Shown one piece after another: positions 1 to 15,649 of a DNA stretch of 64,000 nt; position 1 is the first letter of the stretch, and each line of letters begins with the position of its first letter. The DNA comes from the human T2T-CHM13v2.0 reference genome, Homo sapiens, in assembly GCF_009914755.1 (NCBI RefSeq), contig NC_060926.1; one strand, 5' to 3'. The notes under the pieces were generated by a model that searched no databases, was not told the DNA's origin, and saw nothing but the letters and a program-made list of their open reading frames with translations. Made by a program: the position numbers and the translations under genes.

Positions 1-51
1 TGTTCCTTTATAGGTATGGGAGAAGACAATAAACAGATAAGCAAATAAATA

Positions 52-814
<763 letters not shown>

Positions 815-1230
815 TAGTCGAAATAAGGAAAATACTTAAGAGTACTGTGATAGAGAATAAGCAGGGGTTTATGACTAGAGTAGTCAGGGTAAGGTCTGTC
901 TGAGAAGACAAGATTTGAGCTGAGACTTGAGGGATGCAATACAGTTGGTCATTCCAAGAGCATAGGGCAGAGCATTAAAACACAGGTAACTATGTGTTTA
1001 GAAGTGCTTAGATGGGAAAGACCTTAGCATGTTCTGGGGATTGAAAGATCATTGTGTTTGGAGTATAGCCAGAGAAAAGCAAGATGACTCCAGGTAAGGC
1101 TGGAGAGGCAAGTGGGGCTGGATCATGCAGGACTTTATGGGCCATGGTAAGGAGTCTGTTTTTTATCTTGAGGGTAACAGCAAGCCATTGAAAAGTTTTA
1201 AGTGGGATTCAGACCTAAATTTACTTACTG

Positions 1231-1644
1231 TTTTTTAAAAGAGATGAGGTCTCGGCCGGGCACAGTGGCTCACGCCTGTGATCTCAGCACTTTGGGAGGC
1301 CACCCTGGAGTTCAAGGCCAGCCTGGCCAACATGGTGATACCCCATCTCTACTAAAAATACAAAACTTAGCCGGGCGTGGTGGCCCACGTCTACAATCCC
1401 AGCTACCCGAGAGGCTGAGGCAGGAGACTTGCATGAACCCGGGAGGCAGAGGTTTCAGTGAGCCAAGATCGCGGCACTGCACTCCAGCCTGGGTGATAGA
1501 GCGAGACTCGGTCTCAAAAAAAAAAAAAAAAAAGAGATGTCACTAATGTTGCCCAGGCTGGTCTCGAACTCCTGGATGCAAGCGATCCTCCCATCTCAGC
1601 CTCCCAAAGTGCTAGGATTACAGGTGTGAGCCTCCATGCCCAAT
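1231..1644 (-). mobile_element. Alu left-arm monomer (FLAM-like) split by a + strand Alu
   Basis: gagatgaggtctc at 1241-1253 resumes as actaatgttgcccaggctggtctcgaactcc after ~1541. Confidence 0.8.
1254..1533 (+). mobile_element. AluS with a left-arm deletion, nested in the FLAM
   Basis: ggccgggcacagtggctc start, A-tail 1516-1533, imperfect TSD aaaagagatg. Confidence 0.9.
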
Positions 1645-2142
1645 CAATATTTAAAGTATAAATTTTGGCAGTTGTGTGGTAAATGGTGGAGCAAGCGTTA
1701 AGAGAAGGCAGGGAGAGTAGTTAGGAAATTCTTGCAGGCTGGTGGCTTGAAGTAGTGTGGCAACATGGAAAGAGACAGATGGATTTGGTATTTTGGAGGT
1801 CAGGTCCATAGGACTTACTAATCACTTAGGAAAAAAGATACTGCGGAGGTTGATGTCGTGTTTCTGCCTTGAACAACTTAAACGATAGGGTAGTCCATGT
1901 ATTGAGATGGGAAAAGCCCTCTAAAGAGGGCTGGGTAGCGGGGGAATTTAACCGTTCACGTTTGGGGTTTTTTTGACATGTTAAAATTTGAGATGCCTGT
2001 GAGATATCCAAGTAGAGATGTCAAGTGGGAGGTTGAATGTACCAGTCTGAACTCAGAAGACTGAGGTCTGGGCTGGAAATACAGACAAGGGAGTCCTCAG
2101 CATACAGATGGTTCTGAAGTCATGAGAATGGCTGAGATTTTC

Positions 2143-3103
2143 TTTTTCTTTTTTTTTTTCTGCTGTAGAAATTAATTTTATTCTTATTCAGACTATTTTC
2201 AAAAGAAGCAGTGGTGCGCTGTTTTTCTAAAAATACGCCTTTAGAGATTTTTATATATGTATATAATAAAATCCATACATGTATTTACATGATTGCTACA
2301 TACAAAATTACAGCACTGTGGTATGTACACATCTACAGGTACATTCTTTCCACACATCCCTGCTGTGCTTTCCCCGTGTGAAGGAGGGAGACTGAATCAG
2401 TTGTGAGCAGCCAAGGGCTGGCCCGTCGTCGGAACCTCCGAATGGGGGCTGGGGTGGAGGAGGTGAGGCGATTGCCGAGGCAGGAGCAGCAGCTGTTGCA
2501 GGGCTCTCCTGCAGGCCAGCAGGCAGCATCTGGAGGCTCCCGGCAGCCTCCCCCTCCCCTCCACCCCGTGGTGCCCGCGCTGCCCTCAAGGTGGGGTGGC
2601 TGACCACAGACCCCTCTGGTGCCATTCTGTGGCCTAGACTTGCTTGGCTGGGCCAAGAAGTTGTGTATGTGAGGGGTGGAGGAGGGAGCTGTGGGAGGAA
2701 TAGACCCTGTCCAGCCCCAGCCCTGAGCAGGGGAAAGGGCTGGATGGCTAAAGCCTGCAGATGACTGGTGAGAACACTCCGCTTGGCCCGGCACTGCTAA
2801 GGGTCAGAGACTAGAGGCTGGGAGGGAGAGCAGTGGCCGCCGGCTGGGGAACAGGGCCTTCTTCCTCCCTGGGGCTCAGAGGGTGGCCTCAGCTGAGCTT
2901 GAGTAAGCCCAGCTCTTAGGCCCTGCGGCCAGAGGCTTGGCCTCCTGCCAGCAGAGGTGCATGCACACTGGGGAGGGGCTGCCATCTCCACTTCAACCCC
3001 TGGGCCAGGGGCTGGGGAAGAAATGGAGGCTTAGGCCTGGCCTGCTGCCCTGTAGGACTAGGTCCCCGGGGCTCAGGATTCCTGAGGCATGCAGAGAAGG
3101 GCC
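2143..3103 (-). pseudogene. 5'-truncated processed retrocopy consisting of a GC-rich mRNA 3' UTR (parent not identified)
   Basis: Poly(T) ~2143-2159; AATAAA on the minus strand at 2177-2182; 20-bp TSD tgagaatg(g/c)ctgagattttc at 2123-2142 and 3104-3123. Confidence 0.85.
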
Positions 3104-3129
3104 TGAGAATGCCTGAGATTTTCTAGTGA

Positions 3130-3965
<836 letters not shown>

Positions 3966-4317
3966 TTAATAAGGCTAGGGAATGAGAAGAGAAGGAGCCT
4001 AGGACTGAGCCCTGAGGTTAGTTAATGGAGGGAGAGTCAATAGGGGAGACTTTCTTTGAAGGGAGGTTCAAGAGGCAGGAGGAAATCCAAGAGAGAATGG
4101 TGTTGTGTCATGGGAGCCAAAATAAATTAGTGTTTGAAAAAGGAGAGTAGCCACCTATGTCAGATGGGTGAAGACAGAAGATTGGCCTTTGGGTTTGGTA
4201 AGATGATGTCATGGGTGATCTTCATAAGCAATTTCGCTAGAAGGATTACAGAGACCCTAATTAGAACGGGTAGAAAGGTGAATGGACAGTAAGAAAGTGG
4301 AGGCAAAGGGTATAGAC

Positions 4318-4534
4318 CTGAAAGTGGCAAATTTTTTTCTATAGGGGACCAGAGAGTAAAAATTTTTGGTTTTGTAGGCTACTTGCTGTGTCTGTGACTA
4401 CCTCTGCTTTATAGTGTGAAAGTAGCCATAGACAACACATAAATGAATGGATGTGACTGGTTCCAATGACACTTTATTTACAAGAACAGATGGCTAGCTG
4501 GATTTGGCACACCAGCTGTAGTTTGCCAACCCCG
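4318..4534. mobile_element. MER58A hAT MITE with intact 8-bp TSD
   Basis: GTATAGAC at 4310-4317 and 4535-4542; MER58-type body ending gtagtttgccaacccc. Confidence 0.85.
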
Positions 4535-6049
4535 GTATAGACAACTCTTTGGAGAAGTTTAGATGGGAAGGGAAGTAGAAAAATGGGGAAGTAGTTGATG
4601 GGGGACAAGGAGCGTGTGAACATGTGTATGTAATTTAAGTTAGGAGATTTTAGAGCATGTTTTTGCTGATGGAAAAGGATCTTATGGAGGAGGAGAGGCT
4701 AACAGTCCAGAAGAGAGCTTAGCTGTACTAATAAACTCCTCAGAAGTCAAGAGGGGATAGGATTAAGAGTACATGGATGCCTAAGGAATTGTTTTTTATG
4801 ACACTTAGTGTTATTTTGAGTGACATATTAGTGTTAACAGCAAGACTGATATGGGGAGTTTGTCCCTGTCACTTATAGGACCACTTAAAATGATGAACTA
4901 CTAGGAGAGTTGGTGCGGATGAGATTTAGCAGCTCATTTACTTGATTTGTGGGATTTAGAGTTTAATTTGGAATTTTGTTGTATTGGCCTTACCTGAAGT
5001 AATTAATGTAGCTACCTTCACTTTTCTTGGAGATACCTTTAAAATCTTGATTCTGATTCTGATTCTGTGAACAGAAAATCACAGCAATTGCAAACAAATT
5101 CTAGCTCACTGATTCTCAGTCTGTTTTCTGTTGTATTTTACTTAGTACATTCCTATCAATAACAGTGGCTCAGCTTTGGCAGTTACTACAACCGAGGAGA
5201 AAAGAGAGGGGAGTATACATCTGCCTCACCACTCCTCTGCCTCCCCTACTACTGAGAATCATTGTTCTAGACCTTTTGTGGATACTTTCTTTACTTCAGG
5301 GTTTTAAAAGGCATGTTTGTTCCTTTTCCTGGAGCAGTTCAGGCATCTTAATGATCTCAGGCATATTTCCCCCCTCAGTAGCTTCCCTAATGTAGGAATG
5401 CTTTGCCTTTTGCAGACCCCAGTATAGAAGAAAGAGTTCAGCATATTAAATCAGTACATATTTTCATGATGAGCGCAGACAATAAACCAGGCAGTGGATT
5501 CTTTCACAGCTTTTTATGGTCATCAACTAGGCTGCCCAGAAGGGAGTGAGAGTATTCAGGCAATTCCTGTGTGCTATGTGAGCCTCCTGGAACACCAACC
5601 CTTTTTCTGAAAATGAACTGTCACCTGTGTTGAAAATGTTTGCTGGGATTGGGGTTTATAGACTGAAGAAGGTTCCATCTGTGATCATGCTTACCATGCT
5701 GAGTAACTTTTAAGACTGGAAGAATCGAGATGAGGATCCTTAATGCATCCATGTTAAAGAACCTTTGCTTGACTTTTTGAATTAGTTGTTTTCATACAAA
5801 ATTAACACTTATTCACGATTTAAAAAATTTTTCAAACACTACAAGGGAGATATTAAAGTGAAAAGAGAAGTCTCATCTATCAGAGGTGGCCACTATTGTA
5901 TTTCTGGCATGGATGAGGTGTGATTAAGCTCATAGGTGCCCCCATGTGTCCTTTTCCTTAAAGCATCAATGGGATCTTACCACGTATTCTGTTCTGCGAC
6001 TTGCTTTCTTCACAGTAGTGTCTTTCCATATCAGGACATACTGAGCCAT

Positions 6050-6405
6050 CTCATTCTGCCTCAGAGCTATTCCATCTGCCTGGAACATGAATCTGGAACA
6101 GTCCCAGATTCATGGCTCACTCTTGTCTAGTCCTTACTCAAATGCCTCCTTCTTAATGATGACTTCCTTAGCTGCTGTATCTAAAATTTCAACCATTCCC
6201 CTATCCCTTTCTATCCCCCTTCCCTATTAATGACTTTCCTAGCATACTTCTGTTTATTGTCTGTTCCCCCATTGTAATGTATACTCTATGGTGGGGAGGA
6301 ATATTTGACTGTGTTGTTCACTGCCATATCCCCAACCTTTAGAATAATTCTGGACCCTGTAGTAGATGCTCAGTAAATATTCACTGAATGAATGGGTGAA
6401 TGATT
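6050..6405 (+). mobile_element. L2 3' end
   Basis: Terminus gtagatgctcagtaaatattcactgaatgaatg. Confidence 0.8.
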
Positions 6406-6493
6406 ACATTGTCTTCACATTTGAATGCACATTATTTTTTAAACAATCCCCTATTGATGGACATTTAGGGGTTTGTTTTTTTTTTTTTTTTCA

Positions 6494-7024
<531 letters not shown>

Positions 7025-7675
7025 TTATATTAATTTACAATCTTGCTAACACTGTATGGGTATCCCATTTCTCTATACCAGGTATGATCAACCTTTAAGT
7101 CCCATTTCTCTACCAGGTATAATTAACCTTTACGCCTTTGCCAATCCGATGGATGAAAATGGTATCTCATCCTAATTTGAATTTCTTTAATTATGAGTGG
7201 ATTCAGCATTATTGCATATATTCATCTTTTGTATTTACTTTTCTGCTTATGTCTTCTTTTTTCATTGTTTATTGGGTCATTTTGCTTGTGTTTTTGCAAT
7301 CATATCTTTGTTTGCTTTGGTACCTTTCCTCTCTCCAGGCTTCAACCAGATATAACCCCAGAGAACAGTATACATCTGGGCCACCGCTTTCTATCCTTAG
7401 AAAGTTTCTAGGGATAGAACTTTGAACCATGTAATGGAGTCTAGTTTATAAGTAAAGAAAAAACTCCCAAACCTGTATATGATGCTGGTGTTAGCATCTT
7501 CATCTCTTATTCTTGCTCACATTTTTTGTTTATTAGTTAAAAAAAATCATAGAAACCCATAGCAAATATTGACTATGTTCTAGATACCGTGTTTAGCATT
7601 TTATTATCTCTTTAAGTGTCACAGCAAGCCTGTCAGGGAGTACTAGTTTGTCTCCATCTCTACAATTTTATGGAC

Positions 7676-7851
7676 AGGATATCAGCCATGTCCAACCCTT
7701 TGAATGCAAGGACTTTTTTGCTTATCTATGGTAGCAGATATCACCTTTTTAAAAGTTCATTAGCTAGTTAGTGTTAGTGTATTTTATGTATGGCCCAAGA
7801 CAGTTCTTCTTCCAGTGTGGCCCAGGGAAGCTAAAAGGTTGGACACCCCTG
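7676..7851. mobile_element. MER30-family hAT MITE inserted in a MIR (~7550-7970, - strand)
   Basis: MER30 terminus gtggcccagggaagctaaaaggttggacacccctg; MIR core aagtgacttgcccaaggtcaca follows. Confidence 0.8.
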
Positions 7852-8324
7852 CAAAAAACTGAGGGATGGTGAGATTAAGTGACTTGCCCAAGGTCACATA
7901 GCTAGTAAATGGCAAAACCAGGATTTGAGCCCAGGCACAGTGGCTCCAGAGCCAGCCCTACTAACCACTAAGTTCTTTTACCTCCAGTATGAGTAATGGG
8001 GTATGTTGCCCATTGTCTGTTTCAGGAGACCTTTTTGCCCATCTATCCCCATTCAGAAAACTGGCTACAGTTGTTGAAGCAAGGGAAAGCTATTCATGTA
8101 CAGGTCTGGGAGGTTTTTTTTGTTTGTTTTTTGTTTTTGTTTTTTTACTTATAAACTAGATTTCCATTACATGGCTCAAAGTCAAAGTAATATAAAGAGG
8201 TACTTGGTGAAAAGTTTCACACCTACTCTTATCTGTTCTATTACCCCTGCCCTCATTTCTGTGTATACTTCCTGTTTCTTTGTATACTTACAAAGCAAAG
8301 TAAATAAATACGGCAGGCTAAATA

Positions 8325-8905
8325 CGGCAGGTTGTCAAATAATGTCGTTTTGTCCAATGTCGTTTTGTTTTAATGTTGATGAGAAAAGAAAAATCCATTC
8401 CTGCCTGGGGCCACTGTCTGTGTGGAGTCTGCACATTCTCCCCATGTCTGTGTGGGTTTTCTCCGGGTATTCAAGTTTCTTCCCACACCCCAAAGGTCTG
8501 CACATTAGGTGAACTGGCATGTCTGAATTGTCCCCAGTCTGAGTGAGTGCAAGTGTATGTGTGATGCCAATGGGATGGCATCCTCTCCAGGGCTGGTTCC
8601 CACCTTGGCCTTGAGCTGCTGGGATGGACTCTGGCCACCTGGGACTGAATAGGCAGGTAAATCATTTACTTACTTGTTTTTATAAGTCTTTCTTAAATGT
8701 ATGTATAGCTCATATTTATTTCAGTGTTTAATATTAGAAGTGTTTTGGTCTGTATTTAGAAGTCTGGTGTTTTTGTGACCAGGATAGATCAAAGGAACTT
8801 AACTCTTGTTTATGTCAATTAGTGCATGGTAAAGTTGGTTTTGTTATATGTCATTGTGCTTAAAGTCACAATTTCCAAGAACCTATCAACATTAAGGACT
8901 TACTG
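8325..8905. mobile_element. MER6/MER6A TcMar-Tigger DNA element
   Basis: gtggagtctgcacattctccccatgtctgtgtgggttttctccggg core and aggacttactg terminus. Confidence 0.8.
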
Positions 8906-9351
8906 TGTATATGTACATACTTGTACATATATGTAATGTTTACTCATCAAATATTTATTGAGTGCCTCTTTATACAAGGCACTGTGCTGGCTTCCAAGGA
9001 GTATACAAAGAAGCATGAAACACAGAAATCTCTGGCCTCAGGAAGCTCGCAGTGTAGTTCTATAATAAGAGCATAAGTAAAAATAAAACATAGTGTTTAT
9101 ATGACATAGTACTTTCTTAGCTGATTCAGGCCTCAATACAAAGCACATTCAGCCTGCTAAAGGTAGTAAATATTAATATGTATCTTGGCTTTTGGGGCTA
9201 AGATGAGAGTTCTACTGAATCATCTATCAGTCTCTAAAATATAAGAAATATGTCTTATTTATCTTAATAGATTCTTCAGGACTTTATGGTTTGAACAAAT
9301 GAATCTGTATTTCTTTTAAATATAGACTTCAAGGAAACTGTTTTATATCTT

Positions 9352-9730
<379 letters not shown>

Positions 9731-10974
9731 TCTTTTATATCTTCTTCATGAACCCAAAAGGAAGCTTTTTAAAGAACCATTTTTATTTTAGAGTCCATCC
9801 CTGCCTTGAGGAGCCTTATCAAGTTGGATCAAAATGAAACTTGTGTGCCTAATATAGAACTGAAGGATGAGGACTTATCTTTAGAAAGTTTGTTTTGGTG
9901 GGGATCATCTTTTTTCTTTATTGAGGATTCTTCTTCCAATTACTTCTGCCCCATGGGCAGTAAGTAGAAAAGAGTTTATCCCAATTACAATATAATATTT
10001 TAGAGCTATCAGCAAGCTACCTTCAATTTATTTTTTTATCTCAGTTTCTGTGTATTACAACTTAATTCTGTTAAAAGACATCTTTGTTCAGAATCCCTCC
10101 AGTAGTTCTAGACATTCCAGAATCCGTATGGAAGAAGTATGGTGTAGTGGTTAAAAGAATAGGCTCTGGAGCCAGCCTGCTCATACTGAAATTCTGAATC
10201 TGCCACTTTCTTTCTGTGACAGGTTACTGGACTTTTATTTATTTTCACTGCCCCTAAGTAGATGTCTTAAATGTTAGAGATTTGTGAATTAATTAAGTTT
10301 ATTCTCCCCACTGAGCTTTAGAGCCATGGACAAGAACCAAAAGATGAAATCTAGCATCTTATATTTACCTAAGCACTTTTCATCAAAGACAGTGCATGCT
10401 AACATGTAATATGCACATACTACATGCATAGAACACATGCAGTAAGTATTTCCATGCATTTTTGTATGATGCAAAGTAGTATTCTTCTTTGAAGGAACAC
10501 GAATCCCAAAGGAAAAAAGCCAAAGTTAAAGGTTACATAAGAGCTAGAAGGAGTAAGGAAACATGGTTTTCTCTTGCTTCCTGCCCATGGCTGCCAAACG
10601 GTTCTCTGAAGACTGCTATGTGACAGAAGCCCTTTCCTTTGAAAACCTGTCACGTCACAACAAGAAAAAGATCTCTTTCTTTGGAGGTACATTTTTGGGC
10701 ACAAGAAAGGCTTTTTAAAATTTTTTTGGCCATCTTTTTCATTGTAGGAGTCTGGTGCTTGCTGCCTAGTTTGGGAGTAGAGGAAAAGACTCTGGCTCTT
10801 TAGGGGGATAGAGATGGGAAAGGAGCATGGCCCAGCTGGGTGTATTAGCTCTCCCTCCGCTGCACTTCTGGAACCTTTCATATAAGGGCTTCAGGATAAG
10901 GGGGTTGCATAGCTTTAGGGTCTTATGGACATTTGGACCATTTGCTTCATAATCATTTTGAACTGTTTCCTTAG

Positions 10975-11050
10975 GCTCTTTATTGAGAAACTACCAAAAC
11001 ATCGAGATTACAAATCTGCTGTCATTCCTGAAAAGAAAGACACAGTAAAG
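10975..11050 (+). CDS. STAMBP: STAMBP/AMSH coding exon (76 nt, inferred c.204-279), MIT domain: (T)[25 protein letters not shown]
   Basis: Acceptor ttccttag| and donor AAG|gtgggt. The peptide matches the recalled human AMSH sequence and continues in phase 0 into the next exon. Confidence 0.97.
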
Positions 11051-11190
11051 GTGGGTCTTCACTTTCATTGTTGCCCATCTAAAAGCTTCAGAGCAGCACA
11101 GACTGACTTCAAGATAAAAGTAGTAGTCTCTGCATCTGAGTACCAGATCCTGCAATAGGAGATAAGGCCATTTCACCACAACAGTTCTGA

Positions 11191-11433
<243 letters not shown>

Positions 11434-11783
11434 TAACAGCTAAGAAGAAAATTATTTTGCTTTTTTAGGCTGTGCCCTGGGATTGTAATATGACATTTCA
11501 ATATATCCTGTGCTTTTAATGTGCTGTTTCACCTTTTTTGGGCAAAGACCAGAAACTCAAAAAAGTAGAACACCAGTGGTTAGGCTCAGGGTTGTAACAC
11601 AGATATAGCCTATTTGTCGAAGAGAGTGACTTGAGGGACAGAAAATCTGTCGCCTACCTGCTATGTCTAGAGTGAGAATCATAAGAACAATGAACATTCT
11701 CTCCAAAACATAGGTTTTTAGATCAGAGAATTTGAGGGTTGGATTCACATTTGGTTATACCTGAAGCTATTTATAAGAATTGA

Positions 11784-12112
<329 letters not shown>

Positions 12113-12480
12113 TGATTCTTTTTAGGAAGTCAGTTAAAACATGTGGAGAAACTGCCAGGGCGCTGTCAGTGGCCAGCTGTGAATACATACTGCAGCCACT
12201 CACAGGCTGTTGTGTAGCTGTCTGCTGGTCTCTATTCTGGACTCTGATGTTGAAAATCAGCAGAGGGATGAACAGCTATGAGGTATATACTTCTAAAGCA
12301 CCAAGTGAGTGTAAGCTTTAAGGAGGAGGTTATTACTTAGCATTTCTTTCTTTCTTTTTTTTTTTAATCCAAATGCCTCTCAAGTATTTCTTATTAGCTT
12401 AAAATGTCACTCTGTGTTGAACAAATGCACAAAAACCATAAAAATTTCAGAGGCCTCATTTTGGGTTAAAATTCAGTAGA

Positions 12481-12797
12481 AGGCAAGACGTGGTGGCTCA
12501 TGCCTGTAATCCTAGCACTTTGGGAGCCTGAAGTGGGTGATCGCTTGAGCCCAGGAGTTCGAGACCAGCCTGGGCAACATGGTGAAACCCCATCTCTACA
12601 AAAAATACAAAAATTAGCTGGGTCTCTACAAAAAATACAAAAATTAGTGTGGTGGCACGCACCTCTGGTTTCAGCTACTCGGGAGGCTGAGATGGGAGGA
12701 TCACCTGCGCCCAGGGAGATTGAGGCTGCAGTGAGCCATGATTGACCACTACAGTCCAGCCTAGGTGACAGAGTGAGACTCTCTAAGAAAAAAAAAA
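12481..12797 (+). mobile_element. AluJ with duplicated central linker
   Basis: tctctacaaaaaatacaaaaattag occurs twice (12593, 12623); TSD aaaattcagtaga at 12468-12480 and 12798-12810. Confidence 0.93.
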
Positions 12798-12961
12798 AAA
12801 ATTCAGTAGAGACCCCCAAGATAGCAGGTATAAGTTTGGATCTGGTTCTATTTTATAGCCTTACTTGAAATATAGAATATGTACATGACACAGAGAGAAG
12901 AATAAAACTGTCTGTGATACAGGTTAGGAGAACACAGATAGTAAGTTGCATCAAGATTTCA

Positions 12962-13258
12962 GGCCAGACATTGTGGCTCACACCTGGAATCCCAGCGCTT
13001 CGGGAGGCCGAGGTGGGCAGATTGTTTGAGCCCAGGAGTTCAAGACTAGCCTGGGCAACATGGCGAAACCCTGTCTCTACAAAAAATACAAAAATTAGCC
13101 AGGTGTGGTGGTGCACACCTGTGGTCCCACCTACTCAGGAGGCTAAGGTGGGAGGATTGCTTGAGCCTGGGAGGTCAAGGCTGCAGTGAGCTGTGATCAT
13201 GCCATTGCACTTCAGCCTGGGAAACAGAATGAGACCCTGTCTCAAAAAAAAAAAAAAA
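12962..13258 (+). mobile_element. AluJ
   Basis: TSD aagatttca; AluJ-type gaggtcaaggctgcag. Confidence 0.93.
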
Positions 13259-13548
13259 AAGATTTCAGTGAAGAGGAAAGTGCATTAGGTAGAGTCATTG
13301 TCGGGAGGGTATTGAGAGGATTGGGATTTTAATTGTCCTTGGAGATAGGTATACTGTGGCCAGATAGAAAGGGGTGGTGACTACACTCCGTGGGTATAAA
13401 GATACTGAGGAAAGCATGAATTCTGTGTTAGGTAATCAGGCCACAGCAGAAGTACATTTTGGAAATCTCCATGCTAAAAAGCCTTGTTCTCCTGAAGTGT
13501 GAAGTCACTGAGGTGTGAAGTGTTAGCCTAAATTTTCTCTCTTTGTAG

Positions 13549-13929
<381 letters not shown>

Positions 13930-14673
13930 TGATGTCCTCTTCCTTCTCAGTTGCAGCCAAACAGTATCATTCTGACGGGGTCAACCTAAGATTACCTCCC
14001 TGATCCCACTCATTAAGCTTTGGTCACAGAAACCCATCTGATAAGTATTGCTGTACTGTGTCCTAATACACTGGCTATGTTATAAAAGTGGCCTTTGCTG
14101 AAACCTAGTCTGGTCGATTTTCTGAAGAGCTAATATTATTCTTGAAAGTCAGACTGTCAACTTTTTAGTGAAAGGAAAAGAATGTGCCAAACCGAATTCA
14201 TAATCCTCAGATAACATCATCAGACTGCTGTGTGACTCTGTGTCCCCTGCTCTGACTTTGTTACCTCTCTAGCAATTCAGATCTTGCTGTTGAATACGCA
14301 AAAGCAGAACATCTTTCCCCTCCCACTTTTTTTTTTTAAATATGAAAATATAGCTGTGAGAGACACTTCCTAACTTTAGCTTGCTGGCTGTCTCACAGAG
14401 TTTCTCCATGGTGTTCAGAAACTGGGTCCATTCTTGGCATTTTTTATGAGCTGCTTTGTTCATGCCTTTTTTGGGGGACTACACTGTATTTTTTATTTTG
14501 TTGTGGTTTGGCATTTAACTTCTTCCAGAAGAGTAAGTTCAGAAGTAAATAACTGCCCAGATTGTTTTCCATTCTCAAGAATATACACCAGTGTATTTCT
14601 TTTAAAGTCATACTCTGATATTCTTATCTGAGATAAAAGAGATTTAAAATTAAAAGTTCAGATGAATGGGCAG

Positions 14674-14956
14674 TGTCTTAGTCCATTTTGTGCTGCTATA
14701 ACAGAATACCTGAGGCTGGATAATTTATAATGAACATAAATTTATTTGGTTCATAGTTCTGGAGAGTGGAAAGTCCAAGACCCAGGGGCCTGGCAAAGGC
14801 CTTCTTGCTGCGTCATCCCACGACAGAAGGGTGGAAGGGCAAACAAAGATCCCTCATAGCCTCATCACCTCTTAAAGATCCTACCTCTCAATAATTTTGC
14901 ATTAGGAATTAAGTTTCCAAAACATGAACTTTGGGAGACACAGTCAAACCACAGCA
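14674..14956 (-). mobile_element. MaLR solo LTR (MLT1A/MST-like)
   Basis: TG...CA ends; tgtcttagtccattttgtgctgctataacagaatacc and caaaccacagca. Confidence 0.85.
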
Positions 14957-15039
14957 GGGAGGTTATTTTTTTAATTCTTTGTATTAGATTCTGACAGAAA
15001 ATTCCCAAATGTTTCAAGAACTTGTGTCTTTTTCCCCCC

Positions 15040-15235
15040 TAAATTTTATTTTTTACTTTTATTTTTTAAGTTTTTGTGGGTACATAGTAGGTGTATGTAT
15101 TTATGGGGTACATGAGATGTTTTGATACAGGCATGCAATATGAAATAAGCACATCATGGAGAATAGGGTATCCATCCCCTCAAGTATTTATCCTTTGAGT
15201 TACAAACAATCCAATTACATTCTTAAGGTTATTTT
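15040..15235 (-). mobile_element. L1MA-type 3' end fragment
   Basis: tttgtgggtacatagtaggtgtatgtatttatggggtacatgagatg. Confidence 0.8.
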
Positions 15236-15524
15236 TAAGAAAACTTTTCTTAAGGTAGTAGTTTGCCCTTTTCTTAACTTGAATAATTAAAGCCTACTAT
15301 TTTCTCTTCTTGAAGTAATGTGCTCCTTACAGCTGTGGCCCAAGATTGGAGAAGACACTTTACAGCCCTTTTTTTGGTGCCATTAGAATGAGATCCCTAC
15401 TCACTGCCTGAAGTTGGGGGAATCCCAGTGGCTTAATGTTGCTCCTCCAGGGCTGCTGGCTGTGAGGTCTGCTTGAGGAGGCAGGGCTCAGTGGTCGCAG
15501 ACTATTCTCCTTTCTCCTTTACAG

Positions 15525-15649
15525 TTCCCACAATCGATGGATTGCGCCATGTGGTGGTGCCTGGGCGGCTGTGCCCACAGTTTCTCCAGTTAGCCAGTGC
15601 CAACACTGCCCGGGGAGTGGAGACATGTGGAATTCTCTGTGGAAAACTG
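15525..15649 (+). CDS. STAMBP: STAMBP coding exon (125 nt, c.743-867): start of JAMM/MPN+ domain with catalytic Glu ([12 protein letters not shown])
   Basis: Acceptor tttctcctttacag| and donor CTG|gtaaaa. The A|TT junction restores Ile. Overlaps ORF 15473..15796. Confidence 0.97.

Noticed and set aside
2308-2991. Cluster of ORFs (60-153 aa) on both strands
   Set aside because: Explained by stop-codon scarcity in the GC-rich 3'UTR retrocopy; low-complexity peptides.
5060-5700. Repeat-poor stretch with acceptor-like motifs at ~5145 and ~5415
   Set aside because: No convincing paired donor or frame; cannot be supported without conservation or RNA data.
7063-7132. ~37-bp imperfect tandem duplication
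   Set aside because: Inside a decayed L1M fragment; ordinary slippage with no sign of function.
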